NCBI GenBank assembly: GCA_018062765.1
Contig: JAGORR010000001.1
Coordinates: 356,930-420,929 of the forward strand
Length of the DNA stretch: 64,000 nucleotides
DNA from: Minisyncoccota bacterium
GTDB taxonomy: Bacteria; Patescibacteriota; Minisyncoccia; Phycocordibacterales; Phycocordibacteraceae
Reading direction: 5' to 3'
The number at the start of each line of letters is the position of its first letter. Position 1 is the stretch's first letter. Shown piece after piece: positions 17,848-27,297 of this stretch. The notes below the pieces were generated by a model. That model was not told the DNA's origin. It saw only the letters and a program-made list of their open reading frames with translations, and did no database searches. Both the position numbers and the translations under genes were made by a program.

Positions 17848-20532
17848 ATGCCTCCCTTTAAGAATTTCACGACCAAGGCCAAGGAAGCGATACGCAAGGC
17901 CCATGAACTCGCCATTGAGCGCGGGCAGAATCACGTTTCCCCGCTACATCTTTTGACGGCGCTCATCCATCAGGAAGAGAGTCTTGTCTTTTCTATACTC
18001 GACCGCCTCGACATCGACACGATGCTTCTTGCGGATACTCTTCTTGAAACCTTGGAGGCGCCAGAGACTTCGAGCGTACTTTCGCCTTCCTATCAGCTGT
18101 ATCTCACTCCCGACCTCGCGCAGGCCTTGGAGGCCTCTGGCAAGGTTGCGGCACGCATGAATGATGCGTTCGTGGGCACTGAGCATCTTTTCGTTGCGCT
18201 TCTTGAGCACCCGGGCCCAGCCTCTGATGTGCTTGCACGCTTCAAAATAGACGAAGAGACGGTCGAAAGCGTGCTTAAGGAGTTGAAGAGCATGAAGGAA
18301 GGGCAGGGCGCGGAACCAAAGCGTTTCAAGGCGCTTGCCAAGTACACCAGGAATCTGACGAAGCTCGCCTCTGAGAATGCGCTCGACCCGGTTATTGGAC
18401 GCGATCAGGAAATAAACCGCGTCATCCAGATATTGTCGCGCCGCACGAAGAACAATCCAGTCCTTATCGGCGAAGCGGGGGTCGGAAAGACCGCGCTCGC
18501 GGAAGGACTCGCGTCAAGAATCGCGAGCGGGGACGTGCCGGAATCGCTCCGTAATAAGGAGCTCCTTTCCCTTGACCTCGGGCTTCTTATCGCCGGGACA
18601 AAGTACCGAGGCGAGTTCGAGGAGCGAATGAAGAACGTGATGAAGGAGGTGGAGAAGGCCGACGGAAAAGTCATCCTTTTCGTCGACGAGCTTCATACCT
18701 TGGTCGGAGCTGGCGCCGCTGAAGGTGCGATGGATGCATCGAACATGCTGAAGCCCGCACTGGCGCGTGGAGAGATACGCGTTATTGGCGCAACTACCCT
18801 GAAGGAGTATCAGAAGTACATAGAGAAGGATACGGCACTCACCCGCCGCTTCCAGCCTATTTTCGTACAGGAGCCGAGCCCCGAGGATGCTATCGCGATA
18901 CTGCGTGGCTTACGCGATAAATATGAGCTATTCCATGGCGTGCGCATCACGGACGGCGCGATTGTAAACGCAGTAGAACTCTCCAGCCGCTACATAAGCG
19001 ACCGTTTTCTTCCGGACAAGGCGATAGATCTTATTGATGAGGCCGCCTCGGGTCTCCGTATTGCGCTTGAGAACAAACCGCCTCTTCTTGAGGAGACTGA
19101 CCGTAAGATTCGCCGGCTTGAGATTGAACGCCAAGCGCTTGAAAAGGACGAGGACGGGGATCGTGCGAAAGAAATTAAGGAGCGCATAAAGTCTATCGAT
19201 ACCGAGGTTGCGGACCTGCGTGAGAAGACGGCGGAGCTCGAACTTAAGTGGAAGAACGAGAAAGAGGTACTCGATGGCATTCGAAAGGCTAAGACCGAGC
19301 TTGAGAAGCTTAGGAATCAAGCGGAGAACGCGGAAGCGCTCGCTGACCTTGGCACTGCTGCGGAAATTCGCTACGGCAAGATTCCTGCGTGGGAAAAAGA
19401 TCTTGAGACTAAGATGAAGCGCTTGAAGTCGCTTCAGAAGTCTCGCCGCGTGCTGAACGAAGAGGTAACTGAGCAGGAGATAGCGAGCGTGGTTTCGCGG
19501 TGGACCGGCGTCCCAGTCTCTAAGATGCTTGAGGAAGAGGCAGCAAAACTCGCACGCATGGATGACGCATTGAAGTCCGCGGTTATCGGTCAGGAAAAGG
19601 CAGTGCTTGCGGTGACGGACGCGGTGAAGCGCTCCCGCGTTGGCATCGCTGACCCTAACCGTCCTATCGGCTCGTTCCTCTTCCTTGGCCCAACCGGCGT
19701 CGGTAAGACGGAGCTTTCGCGGCGACTTGCGGAATTTATGTTCAACGACACAGACGCACTGGTGCGCGTTGATATGTCTGAGTTCATGGAGAAACACTCG
19801 ATTGCGAAGCTCATCGGCGCGCCGCCAGGCTACGTGGGTTACGAGGAGTCGGGAAGCCTGACTGAACGCATTCGTCATCGTCCGTATGCGGTCGTACTCT
19901 TTGACGAGGTCGAGAAAGCACATCCGGAGGTGTTCAACATTCTCCTCCAGGTTCTCGACTCGGGGCACCTTACCGATGGCAAAGGACGTAAAGTTAATTT
20001 CAAGAATACGATTATCGTCCTCACCTCGAACATCGGCGCGGAGTTCATGGACCGCATGTCCACGATGGGCTTTGGTGTATCGGGTGCTGACGACGCCGCG
20101 AAATACGAGCAGATAAAGGAGAAGGTGATGGGCGCCTTGAAAGATCATTTCCGTCCGGAGTTCCTCAATCGTCTCGATGATATCGTCATGTTCGATGTGC
20201 TCTCCAAAGCAGCGCTCGCGGACATCGTAGAGAAGCAGGTAGAGGAGGTAATTGCGCGCCTTGGCGGGAAGCGCATCACGCTCGCGCTCTCGCCCGAGAT
20301 TCGCGCATGGCTTGCGGAAAAGGGATACAACCCGCAATACGGCGCACGCCCCCTAAAGCGCCTCATCCAGGACAAAATACTGACGCCTATCGCGACCCTG
20401 ATGGTAGGCCAAGGCATCATGGAAGGCGGGTCTGTCGTCGTGACGCTTAAGAACGGCGAGCCGTCGTTTGAGGTCCGCAAGAACGCGCCGCGTGGCGGGC
20501 ACCGGGCTGCCGCGACCGCTCACGCGGCCTAA
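17848..20532 (+). CDS. clpB: ATP-dependent chaperone ClpB
   Basis: 894 aa; Clp N domain, two AAA+ modules (GEAGVGKTA and GPTGVGKTE Walker A motifs) and a coiled-coil middle domain. Confidence 0.95.
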   Translation: MPPFKNFTTKAKEAIRKAHELAIERGQNHVSPLHLLTALIHQEESLVFSILDRLDIDTMLLADTLLETLEAPETSSVLSPSYQLYLTPDLAQALEASGKVAARMNDAFVGTEHLFVALLEHPGPASDVLARFKIDEETVESVLKELKSMKEGQGAEPKRFKALAKYTRNLTKLASENALDPVIGRDQEINRVIQILSRRTKNNPVLIGEAGVGKTALAEGLASRIASGDVPESLRNKELLSLDLGLLIAGTKYRGEFEERMKNVMKEVEKADGKVILFVDELHTLVGAGAAEGAMDASNMLKPALARGEIRVIGATTLKEYQKYIEKDTALTRRFQPIFVQEPSPEDAIAILRGLRDKYELFHGVRITDGAIVNAVELSSRYISDRFLPDKAIDLIDEAASGLRIALENKPPLLEETDRKIRRLEIERQALEKDEDGDRAKEIKERIKSIDTEVADLREKTAELELKWKNEKEVLDGIRKAKTELEKLRNQAENAEALADLGTAAEIRYGKIPAWEKDLETKMKRLKSLQKSRRVLNEEVTEQEIASVVSRWTGVPVSKMLEEEAAKLARMDDALKSAVIGQEKAVLAVTDAVKRSRVGIADPNRPIGSFLFLGPTGVGKTELSRRLAEFMFNDTDALVRVDMSEFMEKHSIAKLIGAPPGYVGYEESGSLTERIRHRPYAVVLFDEVEKAHPEVFNILLQVLDSGHLTDGKGRKVNFKNTIIVLTSNIGAEFMDRMSTMGFGVSGADDAAKYEQIKEKVMGALKDHFRPEFLNRLDDIVMFDVLSKAALADIVEKQVEEVIARLGGKRITLALSPEIRAWLAEKGYNPQYGARPLKRLIQDKILTPIATLMVGQGIMEGGSVVVTLKNGEPSFEVRKNAPRGGHRAAATAHAA

Positions 20533-20568
20533 ATTGCCGAAAAAAGGCCTTCCTGCTATAGTTTTCGC

Positions 20569-20724
20569 ATGTCACAGGACCACCTCATAAAGCTGAAGTC
20601 CACGAAGTCCGACTACGTGTACTTCACCCGCAAGAACCGCAAGCAGGTTGAGCGGAAGCTTGAATACATCAAATTCGACCCGACGCTTCGCAAGCGGGTC
20701 GCTTTCAAGGAGGCGAAGAAATAG
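20569..20724 (+). CDS. rpmG: 50S ribosomal protein L33
   Basis: 51-aa ORF missed by the >=60-aa track: MSQDHLIKLKSTKSDYVYFTRKNRKQVERKLEYIKFDPTLRKRVAFKEAKK matches the L33 pattern Y.T.KN.R....KLE..K.DP..RK.V..KE.K; followed by a terminator. Confidence 0.75.
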   Translation: MSQDHLIKLKSTKSDYVYFTRKNRKQVERKLEYIKFDPTLRKRVAFKEAKK

Positions 20725-20730
20725 ATTCTA

Positions 20731-20758
20731 CCGAAACCGCCCGAAAGGGCGGTTTTGC
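20731..20758 (+). terminator. Intrinsic terminator AAACCGCCC-gaaa-GGGCGGTTTT after rpmG
   Basis: Hairpin plus U-tract. Confidence 0.65.
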
Positions 20759-20859
20759 ATTACTCAGGCCAGCTTGACGAGGGGTCTTTCATGCAGCAGA
20801 GTGCGCACGGACCAGATACCGGATTCCCCGGTCACATCATCTGGCAGAGAGAGGTTCGA

Positions 20860-21342
20860 ATGAATTTCTGGCAAAAGCTTGGGATCGCGGTCGGTGCGCT
20901 TCTCGTCCTCACGATGCTCGGCTACGGCTTCTTCCGCGCCGGTTTCGTCGGCAAGGTCGAGAACTACGAGATCGGTTACGTCTTCCATCCGCTCTCAGGT
21001 GAAATCGAACGGCTCGATCGGCCCGGCTACCATCTGATGCTGCCGTGGGATAACCTCGGCGTCATCGACAAGCGCCCGATGCAGGTTTGCATCGCCGCGA
21101 ACAAACGCGTCCTCAACTGCAAGTTAGTGCAGTTCAACCCGAGCGAGGAGGGACTCAAGACGTTCCTCAGCTGGCACGGCGTCGACTACGCGAGCGGGAC
21201 AGTCGCCTCGGCCGGCTCGGGATCCCCTCTCGCGGAGATCCTGATGAGCTATGCATACGACGGGTCGGGGAAGACCTATCCCTTCCTCACGGTCATCCGC
21301 GAGATGAAGGGGATAGATGCTGACGCGGCATCCGTGCAATGA
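20860..21342 (+). CDS. Membrane-anchored SPFH-N-terminal-like protein (paralog A)
   Basis: 160 aa; N-terminal TM helix; VENYEIGYVFHPLSGEIERLDRPGYHLMLPW resembles the start of the SPFH domain; RBS GAGAGG; paralogous to the next gene. Confidence 0.4.
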   Translation: MNFWQKLGIAVGALLVLTMLGYGFFRAGFVGKVENYEIGYVFHPLSGEIERLDRPGYHLMLPWDNLGVIDKRPMQVCIAANKRVLNCKLVQFNPSEEGLKTFLSWHGVDYASGTVASAGSGSPLAEILMSYAYDGSGKTYPFLTVIREMKGIDADAASVQ

Positions 21343-21791
21343 GGACCGTCGCGTACGCAACCCTCATGGGCCTCGCGATTGCGCTCGCTTCGTTCTATCT
21401 GCTCTGCGTGAACTATCTGGGTGCGAACGAGCGCGGACTTGCCTACGACGTGTTCTCGGGCGAGCTCTTCTTGCAGGAGCAGCCGGGCATCCAAGTGACC
21501 CCGCCGTGGATCTTCACGACGAGAATCGACCTGGAGCCGAATAAGGTGTGCGTCACTTCGACGGCGCATGCCCGGTTCAACTGCAGGCTTGTCCAGTTCA
21601 TACCGGAGGAATACCGTGCGTTCCTCGAGGTCGAAGGGTGGCGCTGGTATTGGTGGAGCAATCGCATCTCCTTCAACTGGGGGTACGACGACGAGTACCG
21701 AGGGTTCCGCGACGTGCTGCGCGGCTATGCACTCTCCGGCCAGGACTACCCGTTCATCCGCGTTCTCGAGGAGTTCGAAGAAGGAGCCTGA
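21339..21791 (+). CDS. Membrane-anchored SPFH-N-terminal-like protein (paralog B)
   Basis: 150 aa; ATGA overlap with paralog A; shares ...N(C)KLVQF.P.E... with paralog A. Confidence 0.4.
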   Translation: MRTVAYATLMGLAIALASFYLLCVNYLGANERGLAYDVFSGELFLQEQPGIQVTPPWIFTTRIDLEPNKVCVTSTAHARFNCRLVQFIPEEYRAFLEVEGWRWYWWSNRISFNWGYDDEYRGFRDVLRGYALSGQDYPFIRVLEEFEEGA

Positions 21792-21796
21792 ATACC

Positions 21797-21835
21797 GACC
21801 CGCCACGCCCTTTGGGCCTGGCGGGTCATTCTTTT
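21797..21835 (+). terminator. Terminator hairpin GACCCGCCA...GGCGGGTC + ATTCTTTT
   Basis: Read from the sequence. Confidence 0.45.
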
Positions 21836-21895
21836 GGTGCGAGCACCAAGGCAACGTAGGCGTATACTGAAACAGGACAAGCGAAGGAGGTCCAC

Positions 21896-22096
21896 ATGTC
21901 ACGCACTAAGGGAGTCGACCTGCCGACTCATCTGCAGGAACTCGCTGACCGCATCGACGCGAACGATGACTCGTTCGGGAATCCTATGAAGCTCAAGTTT
22001 GCTTCGGAAGATCGTGTCGATCTACGCCAGCAGATGTTTGAGGCCGGGTACACCGTCGACGAAGTCGATGCGGTAACTGGAAGTAACTGCGATTAA
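21896..22096 (+). CDS. Small acidic hypothetical protein (66 aa)
   Basis: Strong RBS GAAGGAGG 6 nt upstream of the ATG; followed by a hairpin terminator at 22105-22130. Confidence 0.5.
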   Translation: MSRTKGVDLPTHLQELADRIDANDDSFGNPMKLKFASEDRVDLRQQMFEAGYTVDEVDAVTGSNCD

Positions 22097-22198
22097 CCAC
22101 CGATAGCCAGCAGCTGCTGGCTATCGTCTTTATATGGGTGCGGCTCCCAGGTGGTCACAAATACTTCCGCGTCGACACTTGGAAGTTTCGCGACCCCG

Positions 22199-22239
22199 CC
22201 AAAAAGGAAAAACCTGGAGCAGTCCAGGTTTTTCCTTTT
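22199..22239. terminator. Bidirectional terminator AAAAAGGAAAAACCTGG-agcag-TCCAGGTTTTTCCTTTTT
   Basis: 17-bp stem flanked by A/T tracts, immediately 3' of the minus-strand tRNA-Trp. Confidence 0.6.
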
Positions 22240-22313
22240 TGGCGGGCCCAGTAGGAATCGGACCTACGCTAACGGTTTTGGAGACCGTTGTACTACCACT
22301 ATACGATGGACCC
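22240..22313 (-). tRNA. tRNA-Trp (anticodon CCA), CCA end encoded
   Basis: Minus-strand fold: acceptor GGGTCCA/TGGGCCC, anticodon stem ACGGT/ACCGT with loop CTCCAAA, T arm GTAGG-TCCGATT-CCTAC, discriminator G + CCA. Confidence 0.8.
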
Positions 22314-22411
22314 GTTGTGCAAATGGCGAGCTACCTCTAGACGATACCAGAGGCGCGTTCGTGGGGAAAGCAGCACGCACTAGCCATTATTGAAGCTACA
22401 ATCAAAGCCAC

Positions 22412-23368
22412 ATGCGCCGCTTGGCACTTTACCTCCTCGCAGCTTCTCTCATACCGCTTGCCGCGGCGGCACAAGGGCTTCCGTCAGGCTCAATCATCCC
22501 GGACCTCGATGAGGGAGATCAGAACCTGCGCACGTGCGCTGCAGGTTGGAAGGCGGTTCTCATAATATCGGGAGGGTTCCTAGAGCTCGCAATTTACATC
22601 GCGATGCTTATCGCCGTTCTCGTTATCGTCTATGCAGGGATTATATTCCTGTTTAATGCGACAAACCCCGAGAACCTGTCGAAAGGGAAAAAGATTCTTG
22701 GAAACGCGGCGATTGGTCTTCTTATTACGCTTTGCGCATGGCTACTTGTGAATACGGTGCTCACAAGCCTGGGCGCAGGAGACATCGCAAGCCGCACAAG
22801 CGTCATAGGTTCAGGCGGCTCGCTCTGTATCACGATACAACCTCCGCAATCTCAAATACCAACCAGTCAGGAAGTAGCTGCCGGTTTGCCACTGGCACCA
22901 CCTCCTCGAGGTACCGGCTCGTGTGACCCGATTGCTGTGCGCGCAGCCGCAGCGGCCGGTGGGTACCAAATCTCGGAGCGAGAGGCGAACACATTTGCCT
23001 GCCTTGCAGGTCCCGAGAGCTCGTGCGGCGCAAATGTCGATGGTGCGACGACGCCTTCTGGGCAGCGTACGAGTGCAGCGGGTCCGTGGCAGAACATTCT
23101 TGGTTTTAAGGATAAGTGCCACTCACTCAACATCCCCGCCTGTGGCAACTTGCAGTGTCACCAGGCATTTTCAGGCGGAGTGGAGAAGTCTGATCCGGCC
23201 TCGAGAGCTCTCGCTGCCAAGTGTCGTCAGGCACTTGCAAACCTTACGTGCGCTGCCGCCGCAGCCGTGTGTCTTAATAACGCGAGCGGAAACGACTTCA
23301 GCGACTGGACTGCGGATTCGCGCAGCTCGAAACAGAAGAAGTGTATTCGCGACCATGCGGGGCTCTAG
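22412..23368 (+). CDS. Pilin-domain protein (TrbC/VirB2-like two-TM module) with a C-terminal Cys-rich extracellular domain
   Basis: 318 aa; signal peptide; TM-NPENLSKGKKIL-TM module like the paralogs at 8012 and 23928; about 200-aa C-terminal region with at least 14 Cys. Confidence 0.5.
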   Translation: MRRLALYLLAASLIPLAAAAQGLPSGSIIPDLDEGDQNLRTCAAGWKAVLIISGGFLELAIYIAMLIAVLVIVYAGIIFLFNATNPENLSKGKKILGNAAIGLLITLCAWLLVNTVLTSLGAGDIASRTSVIGSGGSLCITIQPPQSQIPTSQEVAAGLPLAPPPRGTGSCDPIAVRAAAAAGGYQISEREANTFACLAGPESSCGANVDGATTPSGQRTSAAGPWQNILGFKDKCHSLNIPACGNLQCHQAFSGGVEKSDPASRALAAKCRQALANLTCAAAAAVCLNNASGNDFSDWTADSRSSKQKKCIRDHAGL

Positions 23369-23383
23369 CGCTATACTTTACCT

Positions 23384-23926
23384 ATGAGCCGAACAGCCTT
23401 TTGGATACTCGCACTCGCATCGGTTGGGCTTTTGGCTGCTGGCACACTTTTCTATCTCAATTTGAATCCTGAGCCGGAAGCTCCTCCCATGGTAACTCCT
23501 GACCCATTTGGGAGTACTAACGATGGCGTAATTATTACGGCCGTGGGCGGGGAGGACATACGCGCTCGTGACTTCGTTAACGATGGCGAGACTGAACCTG
23601 ATCCCGGTAATCCCGGAACGTACTTCCTTGCCGGTTATTTCGGCTACTGCGACGGGGACGAGGAGTGTGAACCTATTGCAACAAGCGACTTCAACATTAA
23701 GTACGATAGCAAGATTGATGCCTTCACGATCGGTCTTGCCACCGAGCCGATAGGTGAAGTTAGGAAGCGTGCAGAAGCATTTCTAATGAAGAAGCTCGGG
23801 ATTGGGGAAAATGATATGTGTGCACTCAATTACTATGTCGGCACTTCGTATTGGGTAAATGAAACTTACTCGGGAGGTAATCTTGGGTGGAGTTTCTGTC
23901 CCGGCTCCATAGCACTTCCTGACTAG
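23384..23926 (+). CDS. Secreted/anchored hypothetical protein
   Basis: 180 aa; N-terminal hydrophobic signal/anchor; no recognisable domain. Confidence 0.4.
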   Translation: MSRTAFWILALASVGLLAAGTLFYLNLNPEPEAPPMVTPDPFGSTNDGVIITAVGGEDIRARDFVNDGETEPDPGNPGTYFLAGYFGYCDGDEECEPIATSDFNIKYDSKIDAFTIGLATEPIGEVRKRAEAFLMKKLGIGENDMCALNYYVGTSYWVNETYSGGNLGWSFCPGSIALPD

Positions 23927-23927
23927 T

Positions 23928-24839
23928 ATGCGACGTACTACGACATTGCTCCTGCTTCTCCCGTTGCTACTTACAGCTATGCCCGCGCATGCGCAGTTCA
24001 CCGAGGGCTGGACCATCGTCCCGGCAGCGTGCCATTCGTGCCCTGCGGCTTGGGTTTGCGTACTTGAGATGCTCAACAATCTGGTGACGCTCATCATGAC
24101 CATCGCGGTCTTAATCGTCGTACTCGTCATCACCTACGCCGGCATCCTGCTTGTGTTTACTGCGACGAACCCCGAGAACAAGAGCAAAGCAAAAAGCATG
24201 CTTATTAATGCTGCGGTAGGTCTCGTCATCGCTCTTGGCGCGTGGCTCATCATCGATAAGGTCCTCGAGTCTTTGGGTGCGGGCGGTATAGACGAGACAA
24301 CGCGCGTTATTGGTACCGGTGGCAGCGCATGTGTTGTTGCTCAGGATCCGATCACTGAGCCGCCTGAGGGAACGGATCCATCGCCTATTACTCCCGGTCC
24401 TGGCGGTGGAGGCAGCGGCGCTAATTGCCCGGTCCCGGCGGCGTCCGGGATGGTGGCATTCCCTGCGGAGGCTACAAGCGGTGAAACTGAATACGCAACA
24501 CCGAGTACGGTCGAGAACTTCCTTGCGATGCGCGCCGCAGCGCTTGCCGATGGAATTGACATTAAGGTGACTGACGGATATCGGTCCGAAGCCGAACAGG
24601 TTCAGTTATGGTATCGCTACAATCAGGACACGAGCCAAGTCGCAAGGCCGTGTACGCTAGGTGGCAGCGGTTCAAACCACAACTCAGGTGTCGCTCTGGA
24701 CCTCACCGTCGGCTGTAGAAAGACAGATAGTTCCTGTGATAGCGCCCAATACCGATGGCTTAAAGCAAATGGTTCTCAGTGGGGCTTCAACAACAATTTG
24801 CCTACCGATACGGTGCACTGGTCACCATCGGGTCGCTAG
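23928..24839 (+). CDS. Fusion of a pilin-type two-TM module with an M15 (VanY-like) D-Ala-D-Ala carboxypeptidase domain
   Basis: N-terminus TM-NPENKSKAKSML-TM; C-terminus contains ...DGYRSEAEQVQLW...SNHNSGVALDL, the hallmark Zn-peptidase M15 motifs (SxHxxGxAxD). Confidence 0.55.
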   Translation: MRRTTTLLLLLPLLLTAMPAHAQFTEGWTIVPAACHSCPAAWVCVLEMLNNLVTLIMTIAVLIVVLVITYAGILLVFTATNPENKSKAKSMLINAAVGLVIALGAWLIIDKVLESLGAGGIDETTRVIGTGGSACVVAQDPITEPPEGTDPSPITPGPGGGGSGANCPVPAASGMVAFPAEATSGETEYATPSTVENFLAMRAAALADGIDIKVTDGYRSEAEQVQLWYRYNQDTSQVARPCTLGGSGSNHNSGVALDLTVGCRKTDSSCDSAQYRWLKANGSQWGFNNNLPTDTVHWSPSGR

Positions 24840-25687
24840 ACAAGCGCAGAAAGCTTTCGAAGCCACGCCTTCTGACGGCGCGCATACTGCCATAGCTTCG
24901 CGTTAAGGGAAGGGAGAAGTGATGCTTCCTCGCGCTCACCACGCAGATACTCGCCGACAATGCGGTACTCAAGTCCGAGCTCGTTAAGGCGTGCATCACC
25001 CACGCGCTCGCGTGTTCGCCGTACTTCCTCGATGAGTCCCTTCTCGAGCGCCTCCTCAAGACGCGCCTCTATGCGAGGCTTCAATTCCTCAGCCTCCGGG
25101 TTCAGCACTATCCATTCGACTTCGTACTTCTCGGTCAGTGATTCGCGCTCAGGCACCGAGCCCTTGGCTTCGATGATTTCCAGAGCGCGCAAGAGCCGAC
25201 GGCGATTCTTTGGGTCAAGCTCCACAGCTCGCCGCGGGTCTAGTTTCTGAAGTCTAGCGAAGAGTTCTTCGCTAGAAACATCGGCCAGTTCTGACTGAAG
25301 CGCTGGGTTTGTGGGAACTGCTTCTGGTATGCCGCGCAGAAGCGCGTCGAAATAGAAGTGCGTGCCGCCGGCAAGAATTGGAATCTTCCCTCGCGCGTGG
25401 ATATCTTCAATAAAACGCGTCGCATCATCCCGAAAGTCGCCGGCGCTGTAGGAGTCCTCCGGTTCCCGTATGTCGATGAGGTGATGGGGAACGCCACGCA
25501 TCTCTTCCGGCCGAATCTTTTCCGTGCCGATATCAAGCGTTCGATAGACTTGGCGTGAATCGACGGAAATGATTTCGCCCCCTCTCTTAAGAGCTTCATC
25601 GACTGCGCGCGCGGTCTTGCCGCTTGCGGTCGGACCCGCAACGAGAATAAGCCGTATTTTGGCGCTCATAGGGCGAAATGCTATCAT
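24836..25687 (-). CDS. miaA: tRNA dimethylallyltransferase
   Basis: P-loop GPTASGKT near the N-terminus; IPP-transferase-like length and sequence. Confidence 0.85.
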   Translation of the reverse strand: MIAFRPMSAKIRLILVAGPTASGKTARAVDEALKRGGEIISVDSRQVYRTLDIGTEKIRPEEMRGVPHHLIDIREPEDSYSAGDFRDDATRFIEDIHARGKIPILAGGTHFYFDALLRGIPEAVPTNPALQSELADVSSEELFARLQKLDPRRAVELDPKNRRRLLRALEIIEAKGSVPERESLTEKYEVEWIVLNPEAEELKPRIEARLEEALEKGLIEEVRRTRERVGDARLNELGLEYRIVGEYLRGEREEASLLPSLNAKLWQYARRQKAWLRKLSALV

Positions 25688-25723
25688 GTGCCCACCTATT
25701 TACTAGCTAGCGGCTAATCTACT

Positions 25724-26386
25724 ATGGCAAAAGACACCAAGAGCAATTACTGCGAGCACTGTGGTAACTTCCACGACGAAGCAAAGGAGTATTCGTTGAA
25801 CGTGAAAGTGGGTGAGGCCGTCCCGGACTACGAGTTCGAGGTGTTTCAGAATAACGAAGCAAAGACGATGAGTTTCTCATCGCTTCGCGGAAAGTGGGTG
25901 GTAGTTGCATTCTACCCAGCAGACTTTACGTTCGTCTGCCCGACGGAGCTTGAGGAGCTCGCTGCGCTCTATCCGAAGTTCAAGGAGCTCAATGCGGAGG
26001 TTATTTCTGTCTCCTCCGACACGGTGCACAGCCATAAGGCATGGCACGATACTTCACCTTCCATCAAGAAGATTGAGTATCCGATGGCCGCAGACCCGTC
26101 AGGAAAGCTTGGCTACGCGTTTGGCGTACTCATCGAAGGTGGCGAGGCTGAGTTCACTCCGGATGAAGGGCTCTCAATGCGCGGAACCTTCATCATCGAT
26201 CCTTCCGGCATACTTCGTTCGATGGAAATCAACGACAACAGCATGGGGCGCAAGGGTGCGGAGACGCTCCGCAAACTCCAGATGGCGCAGTATGTCGAGA
26301 CGCATAAGGGGCAGGTATGTCCCGCAAGTTGGGAGCCGGGCGGCGACACCTTAGAGCCCGGCATGGATCTCGTCGGTAAGATATAG
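25724..26386 (+). CDS. Peroxiredoxin (AhpC/TSA, typical 2-Cys) with a short N-terminal CxxC extension
   Basis: FYPADFTFVCPTE peroxidatic-Cys motif; N-terminal YCEHCGNFHDE precedes the Prx domain. Confidence 0.85.
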   Translation: MAKDTKSNYCEHCGNFHDEAKEYSLNVKVGEAVPDYEFEVFQNNEAKTMSFSSLRGKWVVVAFYPADFTFVCPTELEELAALYPKFKELNAEVISVSSDTVHSHKAWHDTSPSIKKIEYPMAADPSGKLGYAFGVLIEGGEAEFTPDEGLSMRGTFIIDPSGILRSMEINDNSMGRKGAETLRKLQMAQYVETHKGQVCPASWEPGGDTLEPGMDLVGKI

Positions 26387-26483
26387 CAATCAGCAACCCG
26401 CCATAGTGCGGGTTGCGCATTTACCTGACTCAGCCTAGATTCGGATGGGGGTGCATGCTGCACCCGAACGGCTAGGAGGCCAA

Positions 26484-27245
26484 ATGACCGACAATACCGA
26501 GTACGACCTGCACGGATACGAGCCAGGGCATGACGATACGCCGCTCGTACTTCTAGAGAAAGCAGGAGGATTTTACGAATGTCCGCGCGATGCTGATGGC
26601 AAGCGCATCGGACCGCTTGTTGGCTACGCGGGGAAGTACGGATCCGACGAGCTCCAGTACGTCGGCGATGTCTATGCGAATTTCGGGAAGCTCGAGCGAT
26701 GGCCACATCTGGTCGAATCGATCGTCGATACGACGGACCTGATCGCGCTCTACGAATATCCGATTGACGTGATCTGCGGCGTCCCTGAAGGCGGCCGTAC
26801 GCTCGGTCAAGAAGTGGCTCGTCAGCTGCGCTCTGCGTTCGTCTATCCGGTCAAATCCATCGTGAAGCCCGCGACCGAGACGCACCGACAGGAAGAAGCG
26901 CTGGTCTTCAGTCGCGAAGAGCCGTGGGCCGGTCATCGGGTCTGGATATCGGAAGATGTCGTCAATAACATGACGAACACCGAAGAGACCATCGCCGGCA
27001 TCGAAGCATTCGGTGCAACTGTCGAGGGCATCTGCTGTTTCTTGAATCGTTCGGAAACGAACGATCACGAGTACACCACGAGGTCGGGTCGCACGATACC
27101 TATCGTCTATGCGGTCAGGAAGACCTACTCGCAGTGGCAGCAGGATGACCCTGCGGTCGCCCTCGATATGCAGTCGGGAAATTTCGCCTTGAAGCCGAAG
27201 AAGGAGTGGTCGCGCCTCATGAGCGCCATGAATGCCGCTCGCTAA
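26484..27245 (+). CDS. Type I phosphoribosyltransferase, probably orotate PRTase-like
   Basis: PRPP-binding-like hydrophobic stretch VWISEDVVNNMTNT; adjacent to pyrF; start set at MTDNTEYDL. Confidence 0.45.
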   Translation: MTDNTEYDLHGYEPGHDDTPLVLLEKAGGFYECPRDADGKRIGPLVGYAGKYGSDELQYVGDVYANFGKLERWPHLVESIVDTTDLIALYEYPIDVICGVPEGGRTLGQEVARQLRSAFVYPVKSIVKPATETHRQEEALVFSREEPWAGHRVWISEDVVNNMTNTEETIAGIEAFGATVEGICCFLNRSETNDHEYTTRSGRTIPIVYAVRKTYSQWQQDDPAVALDMQSGNFALKPKKEWSRLMSAMNAAR

Positions 27246-27297
27246 GATAAACGATAAAGGCCGCGCGTGTAAACGCGCGGCCTTCTACGTTGCAAGC

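Noticed and set aside
18928-20337. 469-aa antisense ORF inside clpB; similar long antisense ORFs lie inside uvrB (54102-55208), the giant gene (47609-48685) and gyrA (3454-4116)
   Set aside because: Typical high-GC artefacts. They are low-complexity and Arg/Ala/Ser-rich, with no start context, and they fully overlap confidently identified genes on the other strand.
25724-25800. N-terminal CxxC (YCEHCGNFHDE) on the peroxiredoxin as a separate zinc-ribbon gene
   Set aside because: It is only ~20 aa and continuous in frame with the Prx domain, with no separate start or RBS. It is more likely a short extension or a slightly mis-called start.
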